A DNA stretch of 64,000 nucleotides from Bacilli bacterium (lineage in GTDB: Bacteria > Bacillota_I > Bacilli_A > ML615J-28 > CAG-313), in the NCBI GenBank assembly GCA_017463365.1, contig JAFTPH010000026.1:620-64619 (forward strand), in the 5' to 3' direction. Position numbers and translations under genes: made by a program. The first letter of the stretch is position 1; every line of letters begins with the position of its first letter. This document shows, one piece after another, positions 60,928-64,000 of the stretch. Below the pieces are notes generated by a model that was not told where the DNA came from, did not search any database, and saw only the letters and a list, made by a program, of their open reading frames with translations.

Positions 60928-62388
60928 ATGTCAGCCTTTAATAATGAAAAATACCTAGAACTTCAAGCGAAAAAAATATCAGAGCGAATTGCCAAATTTA
61001 ATAATAAATTATATTTAGAGTTTGGAGGTAAAATATTTGATGATTATCATGCATCAAGAGTTTTGCCTGGTTTTGAGAGCGATTCTAAAGTTCAAATGTT
61101 ATTTGGTTTAAGAGATAAAGTAGAAATAATTATTACTATTAGTGCTGGACATATTCAAACATCTAAAATGCGTGGAGATTATGGTATCTCTTACGAAGAT
61201 GAAGTGTTTAGAATGATAGAGTCTTTCAATAAAATGAATTTATATGTTGGAAGTGTTGTTGTTACTAAATATAATAAAGAACCAGCTGTTAAAGTATTTG
61301 GAAGAAAATTAGCAGCTAGAGGAATTCCACTATTCTATCATTATCAAATAGATGGTTATCCAGTAGACACAGACAAGATTGTTAGTGAAGAGGGTTTTGG
61401 TAAGAATGATTATGTTAAAACAACTCGTTCATTAATTGTTGTTACTGCACCAGGTCCTGGAAGTGGGAAAATGGCAACTTGTTTGTCTCAATTATATCAT
61501 GAAAATAAAAATGGAATTAGAGCTGGGTATGCTAAATATGAAACATTCCCAATTTGGAATTTAGCTTTAAAACATCCAGTAAATTTAGCGTATGAGGCAG
61601 CAACTGCTGATTTAAATGATGTAAACATGATTGACCCTTTCCATTTAAATGCTTATAATGAATTAGCAGTTAACTATAATCGTGATGTTGAAGTATATCC
61701 AATTTTAGAAGCTTTATTCAAAAAAATATATGGAGAATGTCCATATAAATCTCCTACTGATATGGGAGTTAATATGGTAGGATTCTGTATTGAAGATGAA
61801 GAGGCTGTTACAAAAGCTTGTGAACAAGAAGTTATTAGAAGATATTTTGAAACAAAATTAAATGTTTTATTTGGTAAAACTAGTGAATCTGTAGTTAAGA
61901 AACAAAAATTAATTATGGGGCAATTAGGTGTTCATGTTTGTGATCGTCCAATTGTTGATATCGCGATGAATAAGGCAGAAAAAGAACAACGTCCGGTTTT
62001 AGCAATGAAGATGCCAGATGGAACAGTTATCACTGGTAAACAATCATCTCTTTTAACAGCGACTTCGGCAGCTATTCTTAATTCAATTAAATATTTATCA
62101 GGAATTAAAGATAAATTAAAATTAATTTCTCCAAATGTTTTTGAACCACTTCAAAAGTTAAAAAGAGAAGTTTTACAGTCTGATAATCTAAGATTAAATG
62201 CGCAAGACTTAATAACTGCTTTATCTATTTCTGCCACAACTAATCCAATTGTTGAAGAGGCTTTAGAGATGCTTAAAGAGTTAAAAGGAATTGAAGCTCA
62301 TTCAACTGTCGTATTATCATATGAAGATGCTCAAGTACTAAAGAGTTTGAAAATTAATTTAACTCAAGAAGCTATTTTGAATAATTAG
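60928..62388 (+). CDS. DUF1846 (UPF0371) family protein
   Basis: ~486 aa. MSAFNNEKYLELQAKKISERI...HASRVLPGFESDSK... is typical of the UPF0371 family. RBS GAGGAGG before the ATG at 60928. The ORF track starts upstream at 60895. Confidence 0.6.
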   Translation: MSAFNNEKYLELQAKKISERIAKFNNKLYLEFGGKIFDDYHASRVLPGFESDSKVQMLFGLRDKVEIIITISAGHIQTSKMRGDYGISYEDEVFRMIESFNKMNLYVGSVVVTKYNKEPAVKVFGRKLAARGIPLFYHYQIDGYPVDTDKIVSEEGFGKNDYVKTTRSLIVVTAPGPGSGKMATCLSQLYHENKNGIRAGYAKYETFPIWNLALKHPVNLAYEAATADLNDVNMIDPFHLNAYNELAVNYNRDVEVYPILEALFKKIYGECPYKSPTDMGVNMVGFCIEDEEAVTKACEQEVIRRYFETKLNVLFGKTSESVVKKQKLIMGQLGVHVCDRPIVDIAMNKAEKEQRPVLAMKMPDGTVITGKQSSLLTATSAAILNSIKYLSGIKDKLKLISPNVFEPLQKLKREVLQSDNLRLNAQDLITALSISATTNPIVEEALEMLKELKGIEAHSTVVLSYEDAQVLKSLKINLTQEAILNN

Positions 62389-62504
62389 GTTATAGTTTAC
62401 TATAACCTTTTTTATTTTATCATAAACGCTTGAGAAAAAAAGAGATTTGTGGTAAAATATATAAGGTTATGTAAAAATTTGTTTAAAAAATAGGAGATAA
62501 AAAA

Positions 62505-63953
62505 ATGTCAAGAATTAAATTTTTTAAAGAAAAGAATCTACCTTTAGAAATGCATAAAGTTAGAATAGTACAAAAATTAAATTTATTACCGATTGATGAA
62601 AGATTAAAGGCAATTCAAGAAGCTGGTAACAATACTTTCTTATTACGTAATAGTGATGTATATTTAGATATGCTTACTGATAGCGGAACTAATGCGATGA
62701 GTGATCGTCAACTTGGAGCTATGATGATTGCTGATGACTCATATGCTGGAAGTGCAACATTCTATCGTTTAGAAGAAGCTGTTCAAAAATTCTTTGGTAA
62801 AAAATATTTCTTACCTGCTCACCAAGGTCGTGCATGTGAAAATATTTTAGCTAAAACATTAGTTAAACCAGGTGATGTTGTTCCAATGAACTATCACTTT
62901 ACAACTACTAAAACTCATATTGTTTTAGCGGGTGGACGTGTTGAAGAAATCTTTAAAGATGAAGCTATTGAAACAACAAGTAGCGAACCATTTAAAGGTG
63001 ATATTGATTTAGTAAAATTAGAAAAATTAATTAATGAAGTAGGACCAGAACATGTTCCATTTGTTCGTATTGAAATGGGAACTAATCTTATTGGTGGACA
63101 ACCTGTAAGTTTAGGTAATGTTCAAGATACTAAAGCTATTTGTAAAAAATATAATATCCCATTAATGATTGATGCATCATTAATTACTGATAACTTATAT
63201 TTTAATAAAATTCGTGAAGAAAAATGTGCAGATATGACAATCGCTGAAATTGCTTTAGAAATTAGTAAATGTGCTGACATCGTTTATTTCTCTGCTCGTA
63301 AACTTGGTAGTGCTAAAGGTGGCGGAATTGTCATTGATGATAAAGCTCTATATGATAAAATGAAAGTTTTAATCCCTGTTTATGAAGGTTTCTTAACATA
63401 TGGTGGTATGTCAACAAGAGAAATGGAAGCAGTTGCAGTTGGATTAGAAGAAGCAGTCGATATGGATATGATTTCTCATGGACCAGAATTTATCGAAGAA
63501 TTTGCGCGAATCTTAACTGAATACAATGTCCCAATTGTTACTCCTCCAGGAGGACTTGGACTTCACCTTAATGCTCGTGAATTTGTTGGACATATTAAAG
63601 GAGAAGAATATCAAGCTGCTTCACTTGTTGCTGCAATCTATCTTGTTAGTGGTGCAAGAGGAATGGAAAGAGGAACATTAAGTGAAGAAAAAAATCCTGA
63701 TGGATCTGAACATATTGCTTCATGTGAACTTGTTCGTTTAGCTTTACCAAGACGTGTATTTACTTTATCACAAGTTAGATTTATCGCTGATCGTCTTGCA
63801 TGGTTATATGAAAATCGTGAATTAATTGGTGGATTAAGATTTGTTGAAGAACCATCTGTAATGCGTTTCTTCATCGGAAGACTTGAACCAACTAGTGATT
63901 GGCAAGAAAAACTAGTTGCTAAATTCAAAGAAGATTTTGGAGATAGTCTATAA
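62505..63953 (+). CDS. tnaA: Beta-eliminating lyase: tryptophanase / tyrosine phenol-lyase family (PLP-dependent)
   Basis: 482 aa. Conserved TnaA/TPL blocks (LLRNSDVYLDMLTDSGTNAMS; SARKLGSAKGGGIV with the PLP lysine region; GGQPVSLGN). Confidence 0.8.
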   Translation: MSRIKFFKEKNLPLEMHKVRIVQKLNLLPIDERLKAIQEAGNNTFLLRNSDVYLDMLTDSGTNAMSDRQLGAMMIADDSYAGSATFYRLEEAVQKFFGKKYFLPAHQGRACENILAKTLVKPGDVVPMNYHFTTTKTHIVLAGGRVEEIFKDEAIETTSSEPFKGDIDLVKLEKLINEVGPEHVPFVRIEMGTNLIGGQPVSLGNVQDTKAICKKYNIPLMIDASLITDNLYFNKIREEKCADMTIAEIALEISKCADIVYFSARKLGSAKGGGIVIDDKALYDKMKVLIPVYEGFLTYGGMSTREMEAVAVGLEEAVDMDMISHGPEFIEEFARILTEYNVPIVTPPGGLGLHLNAREFVGHIKGEEYQAASLVAAIYLVSGARGMERGTLSEEKNPDGSEHIASCELVRLALPRRVFTLSQVRFIADRLAWLYENRELIGGLRFVEEPSVMRFFIGRLEPTSDWQEKLVAKFKEDFGDSL

Positions 63954-63964
63954 AATAATAAAAT

Positions 63965-64000
63965 CAGTTCAATAGATATATTTCTATTGAACTTTTTTTG
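63965..64000 (+). terminator. Terminator after the tnaA-like gene
   Basis: GTTCAATAGAtatattTCTATTGAAC followed by TTTTTTT. Confidence 0.8.

Noticed and set aside
1-64000. Possibility of genetic code 4 (TGA=Trp), given the AT-rich, Mollicutes-like character.
   Set aside because: Conserved Trp residues are encoded by TGG (e.g. leuS WQKYW). TGA functions as a stop where gene boundaries are well defined (the mrnC stop TGA overlaps the rlmB ATG at 28742-28745). The standard code 11 was applied.
1-64000. Searched for CRISPR arrays, tRNA or rRNA genes, and IS/transposase or integrase genes.
   Set aside because: No spaced direct-repeat arrays, no cloverleaf-compatible GC-rich ~75-nt segments, and no transposase or integrase-like ORFs were found. 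The only repeat family found is the 111-bp pair flanking the cassette.

Overview
AT-rich (~30% GC) Bacillota-type chromosome segment read with the standard code (TGA is a stop, e.g. mrnC ends TGA overlapping the rlmB ATG). Nearly the whole window is conserved core genome. The order is infC(3' end)-rpmI-rplT, leuS, malQ, tig-clpX-lon, trmR-trhP1-trhP2 (tRNA ho5U/mo5U pathway), greA, mtnN, metG, rplM-rpsI, then the classic B. subtilis-like block cysS-mrnC-rlmB-sigH-rpmG-secE-nusG-rplK-rplA-rplJ-rplL-ybxB-rpoB-rpoC, followed by priA-fmt, a fused L-serine dehydratase and rlmD. No tRNA, rRNA, CRISPR or transposase genes were seen. The accessory part is the last ~13 kb (51.4-64 kb). It starts with an XRE-HTH/TPR (RNPP/Rgg-like) regulator. 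A strong sigma-A promoter then drives a 21-aa Cys-containing peptide ORF. After that come a ~526-aa stand-alone 'ABC-class ATPase' of unknown function and two half-size ABC exporter genes. This ~6.2-kb cassette is bracketed by two 111-bp, ~97%-identical direct repeats. Each repeat carries the last codons of the regulator gene, a TTGACA-17-TAYACT promoter-like element and a perfect 9-bp inverted repeat. The second repeat copy sits in front of an XRE-HTH protein fused to Cys-rich 15-residue beta-helix-like repeats. Downstream of that protein are a SemiSWEET/PQ-loop-like small membrane protein translationally coupled to an OlsB/N-acyl-amino-acid-synthase-type GNAT, a DUF1846 protein and a tryptophanase-family lyase. 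Other oddities are listed below. The PriA orthologue has degenerate Walker A/B (helicase) motifs but intact Zn-finger cysteines. A vWA-domain lipoprotein gene is inserted antisense between nusG and rplK. rpoC is expanded to 1363 aa. SecE is N-terminally extended. A surface metallophosphatase carries a Flg_new-type repeat.
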